A model generated the notes under the pieces. It was not told the DNA's origin and ran no database searches. It was given only the letters and a program-made list of their open reading frames with translations. A DNA stretch of 64,000 nucleotides from Escherichia phage vB_Eco_F27, in the sequence record OP870146.1. One strand, given 5' to 3'. A program made the position numbers and the translations under genes. Numbering within the stretch: the first letter of the stretch is position 1; each line of letters opens with the position of its first letter. Below, piece after piece: positions 41,739 through 51,902 of the stretch.

Positions 41739-42379
41739 TGAATAAACCCGAGTTACTTATTGAAACTTGGGGTCAACCCGGTGAGATTATTGATGGCGTT
41801 CCAATGTTGGAATCTCATGATGGAAAAGATTCTGGCTTAAAACCAGGGCTTTATATAGAAGGTATTTTTCTTCAGGCAGAGGTTGTTAACCGAAATAAAC
41901 GTTTATATCCTAAACGCGTTTTGGAAAAAGCAGTAAGTGACTATATTAAAGAACAAGTCGCAACCAAACAAGCCCTTGGAGAATTAAACCATCCACCTCG
42001 TGCAAATGTTGACCCTATGCAAGCCGCTATCATTATTGAAGATATGTGGTGGAAAGGAAACGATGTATATGGACGTGCTAGAATTATTGAAGGCGACCAT
42101 GGTCCCGGTGATAAATTAGCTGCTAATATACGAGCTGGTTGGATTCCAGGTGTTTCCTCTCGTGGTCTTGGTTCTTTAACCGACACCAATAAAGGGTACC
42201 GTATCGTGAACGAAGGATTTAAATTAACCGTCGGCGTAGATGCCGTATGGGGACCTTCTGCTCCAGATGCTTGGGTTACTCCTAAACAAATATCAGAATC
42301 AGAAAATTCGGTGGAAATCACCAAAAACAGTGCTGACGAAGCATTTAAAGCTCTCGCAGAGAGTTTAAAAGCATTATAA
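41738..42379 (+). CDS. 21: gp21 prohead core protein and protease, 213 aa
   Basis: Length and order. Confidence 0.9.
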   Translation: MNKPELLIETWGQPGEIIDGVPMLESHDGKDSGLKPGLYIEGIFLQAEVVNRNKRLYPKRVLEKAVSDYIKEQVATKQALGELNHPPRANVDPMQAAIIIEDMWWKGNDVYGRARIIEGDHGPGDKLAANIRAGWIPGVSSRGLGSLTDTNKGYRIVNEGFKLTVGVDAVWGPSAPDAWVTPKQISESENSVEITKNSADEAFKALAESLKAL

Positions 42380-42382
42380 ATA
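42375..42382 (+). promoter_or_regulatory. late promoter TATAAATA for gene 22
   Basis: Exact consensus overlapping the gene 21 stop. Confidence 0.6.
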
Positions 42383-42412
42383 ATAATGTAATCTAAACCA
42401 CAGGACACTAAA

Positions 42413-43225
42413 ATGATCAAAGAACAACTTTTGAAAGAAGCTCAGAATATCGAGACTTCAGTTGCTCTTAATAGTGTTTTCGAATCAGTAGAACTGTCTC
42501 CGGACGTTAAAGCTAATTTCAGCACTGTATTCGAAGCCACCGTTAAGCAGGAAGCAGTCAAACTGGCTGAATCTCATATCAAAGCCATCGCCGAAAAGGC
42601 CGAAGAAGAAGTTGAAAAGGCTAAAGAAGATGCTGAAGAGAAAGCTGATAAAAAATTGGCTGAACAAGCTTCTAAATTCCTAGACCATCTTGCAAAAGAA
42701 TGGCTCGCAGAAAACCAAATCGCAGTTGATAAAGGCATTAAAGCTGATTTGTTCGAATCCATGCTTGGTGGTCTGAAAGAACTGTTTGTTGAACATAACG
42801 TTGTTGTTCCAGAAGAATCTGTAGATGTTGTAGCAGAAATGGAAGAAGAGCTGGCCGAACATAAAGAAGAAACCGCTCGTTTGTTCGAAGAAGTTACCAA
42901 ACGTGATGCATATATCAATTACGTTCAGCGTGAAACCGCTATTAATGAAAGCGTAAAAGACCTGACTGAATCTCAGAAAGAAAAAGTTATTGGCCTGGTT
43001 GAAGGTATGGATTATTCTGACGCATTTGGTACTAAGTTAACTGCTATTGTAGAAATGGTTAAAGGTTCTACTAAAGAAGAAGCCGCTATTACCGAAAGTA
43101 TAAATACAGTTGACAATGACGCTGCCGGTCTTAATTTTGTTGCCGAAGCAGTTGACACTACCACAACTCAGGTAGAACAGAATTCTAATGTAAGTTTATA
43201 TGCGAAAGTCGCATCTCGTTTCTAA
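42413..43225 (+). CDS. 22: gp22 prohead core scaffold protein, 270 aa
   Basis: Acidic coiled-coil; length as T4 gp22. Confidence 0.9.
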   Translation: MIKEQLLKEAQNIETSVALNSVFESVELSPDVKANFSTVFEATVKQEAVKLAESHIKAIAEKAEEEVEKAKEDAEEKADKKLAEQASKFLDHLAKEWLAENQIAVDKGIKADLFESMLGGLKELFVEHNVVVPEESVDVVAEMEEELAEHKEETARLFEEVTKRDAYINYVQRETAINESVKDLTESQKEKVIGLVEGMDYSDAFGTKLTAIVEMVKGSTKEEAAITESINTVDNDAAGLNFVAEAVDTTTTQVEQNSNVSLYAKVASRF

Positions 43226-43242
43226 TTTAAAGGTTAACACAA

Positions 43243-44811
43243 ATGACTACTATCAAAACTAAAGCTCAGCTCGTAGACAAATGGAAAGAACTGCTGGAAG
43301 GTGAAGGCCTGCCGGAAATCGCTAATAGCAAGCAGGCTATTATCGCTAAAATCTTCGAAAACCAGGAAAAAGATTTCGAAGTATCCCCTGAATATAAAGA
43401 CGAGAAAATCGCTCAGGCATTTGGTTCTTTCTTGACCGAAGCTGAAATTGGTGGTGACCATGGTTATAATGCTCAGAACATCGCAGCAGGTCAAACCTCT
43501 GGTGCAGTAACCCAAATTGGGCCGGCAGTTATGGGTATGGTTCGTCGTGCTATTCCTAATCTGATCGCTTTTGATATTTGTGGTGTTCAGCCTATGAACA
43601 GCCCGACCGGTCAGGTATTTGCTCTCCGTGCAGTATATGGTAAAGACCCTATCGCTGCTGGCGCTAAAGAAGCTTTCCATCCGATGTATGCTCCAGATGC
43701 GATGTTCTCTGGTCAGGGTGCTGCTAAGAAATTCCCAGCTCTGGCTGCTGACACTACTACTGTTGTAGGTGATATCTATACTCACTTCTTCCAAGAAACT
43801 GGTACTGTATATCTGCAAGCTTCTGCTGTCGTAACACTTGATTCTGGTGCAACTGACGCATCTAAATTAGATGCCGAAGTTAAGAAACAAATGGAAGCTG
43901 GTGCACTGGTAGAAATCGCTGAAGGTATGGCTACTTCTATCGCTGAACTCCAGGAAGGTTTCAACGGTTCTACCGATAACCCATGGAATGAAATGGGCTT
44001 CCGTATCGATAAACAAGTTATCGAAGCTAAATCTCGCCAGCTGAAAGCTGCTTACTCTATCGAATTAGCACAAGACCTCCGTGCAGTACACGGTATGGAT
44101 GCTGATGCTGAACTGAGCGGTATTCTGGCTACAGAAATTATGCTAGAAATCAACCGTGAAGTTGTTGATTGGATTAACTACTCTGCACAGGTTGGTAAAT
44201 CTGGTATGACCCTGACTCCGGGTTCTAAAGCTGGTGTATTTGACTTCCAGGACCCGATTGATATCCGTGGTGCTCGTTGGGCCGGTGAAAGCTTTAAATC
44301 TCTGTTGTTCCAGATTGATAAAGAAGCAGTTGAAATTGCTCGTCAAACCGGTCGTGGTGAAGGTAACTTCATTATCGCTTCCCGTAACGTAGTTAACGTA
44401 CTGGCTTCAGTTGATACTGGTATTTCTTACGCTGCACAGGGCCTGGCTTCTGGTTTTAATACCGACACTACTAAGTCTGTATTTGCCGGTGTACTTGGTG
44501 GTAAATACCGCGTATACATCGACCAGTATGCTAAACAGGATTACTTCACCGTTGGTTACAAAGGCGCTAACGAAATGGATGCAGGTATTTACTATGCTCC
44601 TTACGTTGCACTTACCCCACTGCGTGGTTCCGATCCTAAGAACTTCCAGCCGGTAATGGGCTTTAAAACTCGTTACGGTATCGGTGTTAACCCGTTTGCT
44701 GAAAGTTCCCTGCAGGCTCCAGGTGCTCGCATCCAGTCCGGTATGCCGTCTATCCTGAACAGCCTTGGTAAGAACGCTTACTTCCGCCGTGTATATGTAA
44801 AAGGCATCTAA
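43243..44811 (+). CDS. 23: gp23 major capsid protein, 522 aa
   Basis: Length and order; high-expression codon usage. Confidence 0.93.
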   Translation: MTTIKTKAQLVDKWKELLEGEGLPEIANSKQAIIAKIFENQEKDFEVSPEYKDEKIAQAFGSFLTEAEIGGDHGYNAQNIAAGQTSGAVTQIGPAVMGMVRRAIPNLIAFDICGVQPMNSPTGQVFALRAVYGKDPIAAGAKEAFHPMYAPDAMFSGQGAAKKFPALAADTTTVVGDIYTHFFQETGTVYLQASAVVTLDSGATDASKLDAEVKKQMEAGALVEIAEGMATSIAELQEGFNGSTDNPWNEMGFRIDKQVIEAKSRQLKAAYSIELAQDLRAVHGMDADAELSGILATEIMLEINREVVDWINYSAQVGKSGMTLTPGSKAGVFDFQDPIDIRGARWAGESFKSLLFQIDKEAVEIARQTGRGEGNFIIASRNVVNVLASVDTGISYAAQGLASGFNTDTTKSVFAGVLGGKYRVYIDQYAKQDYFTVGYKGANEMDAGIYYAPYVALTPLRGSDPKNFQPVMGFKTRYGIGVNPFAESSLQAPGARIQSGMPSILNSLGKNAYFRRVYVKGI

Positions 44812-44835
44812 TCTTAATTGATTAAATCTTATTTT

Positions 44836-44859
44836 GGGAGACTTCGGTCTCCCATTTTT
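44836..44859 (+). terminator. rho-independent terminator GGGAGAC-UUCG-GUCUCCC then AUUUUU, after gene 23
   Basis: Perfect 7-bp stem with UUCG tetraloop. Confidence 0.7.
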
Positions 44860-44863
44860 GGTT

Positions 44864-45133
44864 TTATTTCTGTGCAATTTCGATGTAAGTTTTCAAAATA
44901 TTTTGCCAATTAGGCATACCTTCTTGGACATATGCCGGAGAACCATCTTTGTTTTTGAATGATGCAAGTTTATCAGTGGCCCAATAACCTTTAGCTCGAG
45001 CTTCAGAATCAACTTTCATCCATACTTTGTTGAAGGCATTACCATTAACTTTTGCACCATATTTTTCTACTAACTTAACCGCTTCAGCTTCCAGAACTTT
45101 TAAAGTATCTCGTAAGAAACGTGCTTTAGTCAT
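44864..45133 (-). CDS. hypothetical protein, 89 aa, antisense insert between genes 23 and 24 (T4 segD position)
   Basis: ATG 45131-45133; driven by an early promoter-leader cassette identical over 47 nt to the one at 8922-8968. Confidence 0.5.
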   Translation of the reverse strand: MTKARFLRDTLKVLEAEAVKLVEKYGAKVNGNAFNKVWMKVDSEARAKGYWATDKLASFKNKDGSPAYVQEGMPNWQNILKTYIEIAQK

Positions 45134-45163
45134 TTTGTTTACTCCTCTGTAGTTGATAAGTCT

Positions 45164-45192
45164 ATAGTATCACATACCAAATACGTTGTAAA
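45164..45192 (-). promoter_or_regulatory. early promoter (-35 TTTACA / -10 TACTAT)
   Basis: 17-bp spacer; GAGGAG SD in leader. Confidence 0.5.
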
Positions 45193-45199
45193 CAATCTT

Positions 45200-45207
45200 T
45201 ATAAATA
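45200..45207 (+). promoter_or_regulatory. late promoter TATAAATA for gene 24
   Basis: Exact consensus 27 nt upstream of ATG. Confidence 0.6.
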
Positions 45208-45234
45208 ATCTATATCACATAAGGAAAAAATGCA

Positions 45235-46518
45235 ATGAGTAAAATCCAAAAATTATTGCGTGAATCTACAACGTCTACTAGCAACTCAATCGGTCGCCCA
45301 AATCTCGTTGCTTTGACTCGCGCTACGACTAAATTAATATATTCTGACATTGTAGCAACACAAAGAACTAATCAACCTGTTGCTGCTTTTTATGGTATCA
45401 AATATCTTAACCCAGACAACGAATTAACATTTAAAACTGGTGCTACTTATGCAGGCGAAGCTGGATATGTAGACCGAGAAAAAATTACCGAACTCACAGA
45501 AGAATCAAAAGTCACATTAAATAAAGGCGATTTTTTCAAATATAATAATATCGTCTATAAAGTGTTAGAAGATGCACCATTTGCAGATATTCAAGAAAGT
45601 GATCTAGAATTAGCTCTTCAGATTGCGGTCGTTCATTTAAAGGTACGGTTATTTTCGGATGCAGCGGTAACAAGCAAATTTGAAAGCTCTGGTAGCGAAA
45701 TTTCTGATGCAAGATTCCAGATTAATAAATGGCAAACTTCAGTCAAATCTCGTAAACTTAAAACCGGCCTCACGGTTGAATTAGCGCAAGATTTGGAAGC
45801 AAATGGATTTGATGCCCCTAACTTCTTAGAAGATTTGCTTGCTACTGAAATGGCTGATGAAATTAATAAAGATATTCTTCAGTCTTTAATTACTGTATCG
45901 AAACGTTATAAAGTTACTGGAATTACTGACACTGGATTTATTGACTTGAGCTATGCGTCTGCTCCAGAAGCAGGCCGTTCGTTATACCGAATGGTATGTG
46001 AAATGGTTTCGCATATCCAAAAAGAGTCAACTTATACTGCAACGTTTTGCGTAGCTTCAGCTCGTGCAGCTGCTATTCTTGCTGCTTCTGGTTGGTTAAA
46101 ACATAAGCCAGAAGATGACAAGTATCTTTCACAAAATGCTTATGGATTCTTGGCAAATGGATTACCTCTTTACTGCGATACCAACAGTCCGTTAGATTAT
46201 GTTATTGTGGGTGTTGTAGAAAATATCGGTGAAAAAGAAATTGTAGGGTCCATCTTTTATGCTCCATACACTGAAGGAGTAGATTTAGATGACCCGGAAC
46301 ATGTTGGTGCTTTTAAAGTTGTAGTTGATCCAGAAAGCTTGCAACCGTCTATCGGATTATTGGTTAGATATGCTTTATCAGCAAATCCTTACACAGTAGC
46401 AAAAGACGAAAAAGAAGCGAGAATAATTGATGGCGGGGACATGGATAAAATGGCAGGACGTTCAGACTTGTCTGTTTTACTCGGTGTTAAATTGCCTAAA
46501 ATTATTATAGATGAATAA
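45235..46518 (+). CDS. 24: gp24 head vertex protein, 427 aa
   Basis: Same length as T4 gp24; gp23-like fold expected. Confidence 0.9.
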   Translation: MSKIQKLLRESTTSTSNSIGRPNLVALTRATTKLIYSDIVATQRTNQPVAAFYGIKYLNPDNELTFKTGATYAGEAGYVDREKITELTEESKVTLNKGDFFKYNNIVYKVLEDAPFADIQESDLELALQIAVVHLKVRLFSDAAVTSKFESSGSEISDARFQINKWQTSVKSRKLKTGLTVELAQDLEANGFDAPNFLEDLLATEMADEINKDILQSLITVSKRYKVTGITDTGFIDLSYASAPEAGRSLYRMVCEMVSHIQKESTYTATFCVASARAAAILAASGWLKHKPEDDKYLSQNAYGFLANGLPLYCDTNSPLDYVIVGVVENIGEKEIVGSIFYAPYTEGVDLDDPEHVGAFKVVVDPESLQPSIGLLVRYALSANPYTVAKDEKEARIIDGGDMDKMAGRSDLSVLLGVKLPKIIIDE

Positions 46519-46526
46519 ACGAAAAA

Positions 46527-46551
46527 GGGACCGTAAGGTCCCTTTTTTTTT
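46527..46551 (+). terminator. bidirectional rho-independent terminator GGGACC-GUAA-GGUCCC flanked by A-run and U-run
   Basis: Between convergent genes 24 and rnlB. Confidence 0.7.
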
Positions 46552-46552
46552 G

Positions 46553-47551
46553 TTATGATACTAATTCAATCCATGCAGGACGCAGAACATCTTGCACCAT
46601 TCGGACTAATTCTTTCTTAACAAGATTCGGATTATCGGATGATGTTAATACAATACCTTCACGAGAAGTTTCTTCCAGAATATCTTGAACAGTCAATCCC
46701 ATCACTTTGCCAAAATCTTTTGGCGTTACAGTCCCAATCTTAGAAATCACATTATTAACACGATTTAATGTAACATAACAAGCTAGAACATCAAGCAAGT
46801 TTTTGTCAATTTCGGTTAATGGAAGCTGAGTTTTAATAGGCTTATCAGACTTTTTCTTTTCACTGAATTTAGAGTTCTTGCACTTAATAGCTACACGAGT
46901 ACCGTTTGGCAGCCATTTAGGGAAACAAGGCTTCAGAACATAACCTTCTGCTGTATTATCGCCAATAACATTAGCATCAAATACACAATTATTTGCTTCT
47001 ACAAGGTCTTCTGACGCAGTAGCATTATAAGCGGCTAAAACGGAATCAAGGTCATTTGGAATCGCGATAAGAGCATCGAATGTTCCACGTCCGAGCATTG
47101 GTGCCATTTTAAAACCGAATTCATTACAGAAATCTTGCATTTCGTAATCGGTCAAATACGTATTATCACCACTTTCTGTATTGATAAGGATATCGAACAC
47201 ATAAAAATCTTTTTCACCATAGTCAACACCTTTCTGTATTCCACCACCAGCGAATTCACCGAATACTTGATATGATACGGCTCGAGCTGTGTACATGAAT
47301 TCCTGAACGGCTTTAATAGCTTTATCATACTTCTTAAGTACGATTTCATAACCATAAAAATCTTCTGCTGGAAGAATAGGGCCTGTGCGCTTGGCGCATG
47401 TGACGTTGTCACGTTCAATTATTAACGAGAAGTTGGTCCCGTGGATTTTCTCACGTGCTACCCAAACACCAGTAGTCAAACCATTAGTGTAGAGTTTTTC
47501 AATAAACTTGTTGTTGTAGTGGTTTTCAAGACTGCTGTATTTCTTAAACAT
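46553..47551 (-). CDS. rnlB: RNA ligase 2 (RnlB), 332 aa
   Basis: Nucleotidyltransferase motif I KIHGTN; length and position as T4 rnlB (24.1). Confidence 0.85.
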   Translation of the reverse strand: MFKKYSSLENHYNNKFIEKLYTNGLTTGVWVAREKIHGTNFSLIIERDNVTCAKRTGPILPAEDFYGYEIVLKKYDKAIKAVQEFMYTARAVSYQVFGEFAGGGIQKGVDYGEKDFYVFDILINTESGDNTYLTDYEMQDFCNEFGFKMAPMLGRGTFDALIAIPNDLDSVLAAYNATASEDLVEANNCVFDANVIGDNTAEGYVLKPCFPKWLPNGTRVAIKCKNSKFSEKKKSDKPIKTQLPLTEIDKNLLDVLACYVTLNRVNNVISKIGTVTPKDFGKVMGLTVQDILEETSREGIVLTSSDNPNLVKKELVRMVQDVLRPAWIELVS

Positions 47552-47670
47552 AAATCACCATTATAAATAATAATATCAAAATAATTAGCAGAGACTCTGT
47601 CTCCGACCGGATGTTTAATTTGAATGGATAGAACCTAGATTCATTATACCATCAAAAAATGTAAAGCATA

Positions 47671-47922
47671 TTAGAACTTGATTTCTATCCAATGTCCGTC
47701 ACGTTGGTCATGATTAATTTTATACTGAAAGCCGTTATCACGAAGCCATTGACCGACTTGTTCAGTTATAGTTAAATCGTTCTTTGACGGGTAGTATGTA
47801 AATTGTGTCTGGCCTTTGTCAGCGGCTTTCTCTGCCATCGCAGAGAAGTTAGTAATAAAATCACTCAACAAATTGGCTTTAGTGGCCAGAGCCCTTTCTC
47901 TTAATTCCTGTGCAAAACTCAT
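47671..47922 (-). CDS. hypothetical protein, 83 aa
   Basis: ORF track; ATG start. Confidence 0.45.
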   Translation of the reverse strand: MSFAQELRERALATKANLLSDFITNFSAMAEKAADKGQTQFTYYPSKNDLTITEQVGQWLRDNGFQYKINHDQRDGHWIEIKF

Positions 47923-48113
47923 TTCTTCACCTTTTTATTAATCAGACGTTTACGGTATACAACTTTTTCTTTTGCTTTAAACTTTGACCGAGCTGTCTCG
48001 GCTTTAGTCCATAGTAATCCAACTTCTTTAGGTTGTAAACCGATTTTTTGAGCAATTTCTACGAATGAAAATCCCGCCTCATGTAATGTATAAACTTCAA
48101 CTTCAGCTCTCAT
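47919..48113 (-). CDS. hypothetical protein, 64 aa, possible helix-turn-helix
   Basis: ORF track trimmed from TTG to ATG 48111-48113. Confidence 0.4.
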   Translation of the reverse strand: MRAEVEVYTLHEAGFSFVEIAQKIGLQPKEVGLLWTKAETARSKFKAKEKVVYRKRLINKKVKK

Positions 48114-48181
48114 AATCAATCCCGTATTATTTGGTTTGTGCCATTATACACATCAATCTCAAGTTGTGTTTTGTATGCTTT

Positions 48182-48209
48182 AAAAACGAAGAAAGGGGCC
48201 GAAGCCCCT
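48182..48209 (-). terminator. terminator hairpin AGGGGC-uucg-GCCCCU then U-rich tract (minus-strand sense), after hoc
   Basis: Plus-strand aaaggggccgaagcccct. Confidence 0.6.
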
Positions 48210-48214
48210 TACGA

Positions 48215-49345
48215 TTACGGATATGTATAGATGATACCAGTTTCCAAAGCAGTTTTATGGATGATGTATCCATTACGTGATTCTTGAACATCAACTTCCG
48301 GATAGTCTTTCATCATCTTCTGAAGAGTGTAACGATGCAGGTAGTATTTACTATCTGGATCTTCAGTTTTCCAATCTTTACCTTCTTCAGTCATTTTTTG
48401 GATTTCATCCATAACCCACCAACCGCACCAGATGTAAGCTGAAGTACGATGTGGAAGAGGATGAACATAAGGTAGTTCACCTTCTGGTTCTGGAGCAACT
48501 TTATCAGTCACTTGAACTTGGCCTTCTGCTGTAATAGTTTTGCTATCATAGTCATCTGCAGTAACGACGGCAGTCACTTCAATAGTTTGACTTCCAACAG
48601 ATGAAGTATCAACAGTATATACATTAGTTGACCCTTCTACAGGAGAAGAATCTTTCTTCCATGAATAAGTAATTTGTGCCGGTTCTGGTGCACCAGTGAC
48701 ATTAGCGGTAAATGTAGCTGAAGCATCTTGCTGAACGTTAATAGAAGGAGGAGTCAATGTAACCTGTGGATTCATTGTCTTTTTATTAACAGTCAGTGAC
48801 ACTTCATTAGAAGTAACGCTTAGTGCGTCATAATCTGTTGCGGTTACTTGGGCTACACATTTAATTCTTTTTACCCCGCTTTCAGCAGGAGTGTAATTGA
48901 ATGTAGCGTTAGTTGCTTCGCCAACAGGAGAATCATCTACATACCATTGATAAGTAGCAGACGCTCCAACCGGTTGAGAAGCTAAGGCCGCAGTAAATTG
49001 AACTGGGGTTCCAATTACTCCAGCTGAAGGGCTATTAGGAGTTACAGCTAAGGTAGTCGTTTGTGTCTTATTTTTAACCGTGATAGTCGTAGTAATTTCT
49101 GCTGTTTCAGCATCAGTATCAGGAATAGTATTTGTTGCAACAACTTTAATTGTTTTTGTTCCAGCGGGTCCTTTTAACACATAATCAAAAGTTTCTGCCG
49201 ATCCTACTTGAGGAGCATCGTCTACACTCCATGCATAGGTAATAGTTCCACCTCCAGTTTCACCACTGGGAGTAGCAGTAAACTGCTTAGTCTCATCTAT
49301 AACCCCAGTAGGTGTTTTAGGAGTTATATCAACTGTAAAAGCCAT
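48215..49345 (-). CDS. hoc: Hoc, highly immunogenic outer capsid protein with tandem Ig-like domains, 376 aa
   Basis: Same length as T4 Hoc; three repeated modules of the type ITYAWSVDD / ATYQWYVDD / ITYSWKKD. Confidence 0.85.
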   Translation of the reverse strand: MAFTVDITPKTPTGVIDETKQFTATPSGETGGGTITYAWSVDDAPQVGSAETFDYVLKGPAGTKTIKVVATNTIPDTDAETAEITTTITVKNKTQTTTLAVTPNSPSAGVIGTPVQFTAALASQPVGASATYQWYVDDSPVGEATNATFNYTPAESGVKRIKCVAQVTATDYDALSVTSNEVSLTVNKKTMNPQVTLTPPSINVQQDASATFTANVTGAPEPAQITYSWKKDSSPVEGSTNVYTVDTSSVGSQTIEVTAVVTADDYDSKTITAEGQVQVTDKVAPEPEGELPYVHPLPHRTSAYIWCGWWVMDEIQKMTEEGKDWKTEDPDSKYYLHRYTLQKMMKDYPEVDVQESRNGYIIHKTALETGIIYTYP

Positions 49346-49354
49346 AAGTTATCC

Positions 49355-50023
49355 TTATTTTAATGTTACGAAAGAAGAATTACGAGTTTCACGAATTAGA
49401 ACTGATCCATCGCGATTAATATAATAAATTAAGCTAAATAATGTTTGGTGAGCAGAAGCGTGCACAAAACTGGTTGGACGAGATTTCCAATCTGGAGTTT
49501 CGGCTATCCATTGATAAATCCACCAAGGAACAGTAACATACCCTGGGCCTTTGCCTAATTTAATGAGTGTAGGACTAAAATTTTCAGGCAGAACAAATTT
49601 TACTTCTTTATTTACCTCTGACTCGGGCTCTTTTTCGGATTCAACAACCTGAGTAATTGCTTCTTCGAATTTATCGTGGTCGAATTCTTTTTCTTGTTCG
49701 ACAACTTCTAATACTTCAACTTGTTCTGTTGGAGAATCAAACAACAGAATAGCTTCTTCTTTAACTTCTTCGTTGGTGAAATTAACACCGTCTACATCAT
49801 CTGCGGCAGTAATTAAATCGGTGATAGATAATCCATCAGTTTCAGGTAATGGTTCATCAGCCAGTGCGTTAAGAGCTTCTTCGATATCAATAACAATATT
49901 ATCGAATGATTTTGTTTTCTTAACACTAATACCAAATTGTGCCGCGTATTCAAACAGTTTAGCTTTGGCTTCCTTTTTATCAGAAAGAGCACGTAACTCT
50001 TCAATATAGTCTTTATCGATCAT
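49355..50023 (-). CDS. inh: Inh, inhibitor of prohead protease gp21, 222 aa
   Basis: Position next to hoc; acidic middle region; size close to T4 Inh. Confidence 0.7.
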   Translation of the reverse strand: MIDKDYIEELRALSDKKEAKAKLFEYAAQFGISVKKTKSFDNIVIDIEEALNALADEPLPETDGLSITDLITAADDVDGVNFTNEEVKEEAILLFDSPTEQVEVLEVVEQEKEFDHDKFEEAITQVVESEKEPESEVNKEVKFVLPENFSPTLIKLGKGPGYVTVPWWIYQWIAETPDWKSRPTSFVHASAHQTLFSLIYYINRDGSVLIRETRNSSFVTLK

Positions 50024-50036
50024 GTTATTTCCTCAT

Positions 50037-50044
50037 TATAAATA
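50037..50044 (+). promoter_or_regulatory. late promoter TATAAATA for uvsW
   Basis: Exact consensus 30 nt upstream of ATG. Confidence 0.55.
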
Positions 50045-50073
50045 TAACTATATTTATTACATGGTAATTTGAC

Positions 50074-51588
50074 ATGACTGACATTAAAGTACATTTTCAT
50101 GATTTTAGTCACGTGCGCATTGAATGCGACGAAAGTACGTTTTACGAACTTCGTGACTTTTTTAGCTTTGAAGCCGATGGGTACAAATTCAACCCGCGTT
50201 ACAAATATGGGAACTGGGATGGTAGAATTCGACTTTTAGATTACAATCGTTTGTTACCATATGGACTTGTAGGACAAATAAAAAAGTTCTGTAACAATAT
50301 GAGTTATTCTGTATGGATTGACCCTAAAATCTTTGAGACCGAAGACCTTACCAGGGAAGATTTTGACGCATGGCTTTCTAAACAAGAAATTTATTCCGGC
50401 AATGCCAAAATCGAACCACATTGGTATCAAAAAGATGCAGTATATGAAGGACTAGTTAATCGTCGTAGAATTTTAAACCTTCCGACATCAGCAGGTAAAT
50501 CACTAATCCAAGCACTTTTAGCTCGATATTATCTAGAGAACTATGAAGGTAAAATTCTCATTATTGTCCCTACAACAGCATTGACAACCCAGATGGCTAA
50601 TGATTTTGTTGATTATCGCTTGTTTAGTCATTCGATGATTAAGAAAATTGGCGGTGGCGCTGATAAAGCGGACAAATCTAAAAACGACGCTCCAATTATT
50701 GTTGGCACATGGCAAACGGTAGTTAAGCAGCCTAAAGAATGGTTCTCGCAGTTCGGTATGATGATGAATGATGAATGCCACTTAGCAACAGGCAAAAGTA
50801 TTTCTTCAATCATCTCAGGATTAAATAATTGCATGTTTAAATTCGGTTTATCCGGCTCATTAAGAGACGGAAAAGCCAATGTAATGCAGTACGTAGGTAT
50901 GTTCGGCGAAATCTTCCGTCCTGTTAGCACGTCTAAATTAATGGAAGACGGTCAGGTAACTGAGCTTAAGATTAATAGTATTTTCCTTCGTTATCCAGAC
51001 GAATTCACTGTTAAATTAAAAGGTAAAACATACCAAGAAGAAGTTAAAATTATTACCGGACTAAAACGACGTACAAAGTGGATTGCTCAACTTTCAGTCA
51101 AATTGGCTAAGAAAGACGAGAACGCCTTTGTAATGTTTAAACACGTTACACACGGTAAAGAAATATTTGAAGCTATTAAAGAGCTTGGATACGAAAAAGT
51201 TTATTACGTATCAGGTGAAGTTGATACTGAAACACGTAACGCGCTTAAAGTCATGGCAGAAAATGGTAAAGGCGTTATTATTGTCGCATCATATGGAGTA
51301 TTCTCTACTGGTATTTCAGTAAAGAATCTTCATCATGTTATTTTTGCCCATGGTGTTAAATCAAAAATTATCGTACTTCAAACCGTAGGTCGCGTGCTTC
51401 GTAAGCATGGTTCTAAAGCTGTTGCTACAGTTTGGGATCTCATCGATGACGCAGGTGTAAAACCTAAATCATTAAATACTAAAAAGAAGTATACTCATCT
51501 TAATTACTTGTTAAAACACGGTATTGATCGTATCCAACGTTACGCTGATGAGAAATTTAACTATGTAATGAAAACAATTAATTTATAA
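50074..51588 (+). CDS. uvsW: UvsW DNA/RNA helicase (SF2), 504 aa
   Basis: Walker A PTSAGKS, DECH box (MMMNDECHLA); length as T4 UvsW. Confidence 0.9.
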   Translation: MTDIKVHFHDFSHVRIECDESTFYELRDFFSFEADGYKFNPRYKYGNWDGRIRLLDYNRLLPYGLVGQIKKFCNNMSYSVWIDPKIFETEDLTREDFDAWLSKQEIYSGNAKIEPHWYQKDAVYEGLVNRRRILNLPTSAGKSLIQALLARYYLENYEGKILIIVPTTALTTQMANDFVDYRLFSHSMIKKIGGGADKADKSKNDAPIIVGTWQTVVKQPKEWFSQFGMMMNDECHLATGKSISSIISGLNNCMFKFGLSGSLRDGKANVMQYVGMFGEIFRPVSTSKLMEDGQVTELKINSIFLRYPDEFTVKLKGKTYQEEVKIITGLKRRTKWIAQLSVKLAKKDENAFVMFKHVTHGKEIFEAIKELGYEKVYYVSGEVDTETRNALKVMAENGKGVIIVASYGVFSTGISVKNLHHVIFAHGVKSKIIVLQTVGRVLRKHGSKAVATVWDLIDDAGVKPKSLNTKKKYTHLNYLLKHGIDRIQRYADEKFNYVMKTINL

Positions 51589-51613
51589 GGGCTTCGGCCC
51601 TTAGGAGATAAAA

Positions 51614-51844
51614 ATGGTACTTGAATTTAAACAATTTTTATACGAAGCATCTATTGACGAATTCATGGGTAAAATTGCTAGTTGCCATACCCTAGAAGGG
51701 CTTGAAGAATTGGAAGCTTATTATAAGAAACGTATAAAAGAAACGGAATTAAAAGATACAGATGATATTTCTGTCAGGGATGCCTTAGCAGGTAAGCGTG
51801 CCGAACTTGAAGGCGATGATGAGGATGCGGAAGAAGACTTCTAA
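51614..51844 (+). CDS. uvsW.1: UvsW.1 accessory protein, 76 aa
   Basis: Size and position; SD AGGAG. Confidence 0.7.
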   Translation: MVLEFKQFLYEASIDEFMGKIASCHTLEGLEELEAYYKKRIKETELKDTDDISVRDALAGKRAELEGDDEDAEEDF

Positions 51845-51846
51845 TT

Positions 51847-51876
51847 AAAAAAAGGCCCGACCTTTTTGGAAGGGCC
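51847..51876 (-). terminator. bidirectional terminator hairpin GGCCC...GGGCC flanked by A-runs on both sides
   Basis: Between convergent uvsW.1 and the small minus-strand gene. Confidence 0.55.
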
Positions 51877-51902
51877 AAAAACCATAGGCAAAAAAGGTAA
51901 CA

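Noticed and set aside
44812-45234. Homing endonuclease (segD-like) or intron between genes 23 and 24
   Set aside because: Only an 89-aa ORF without GIY-YIG or HNH motifs is present; no intron-like structure interrupts any gene in the window.
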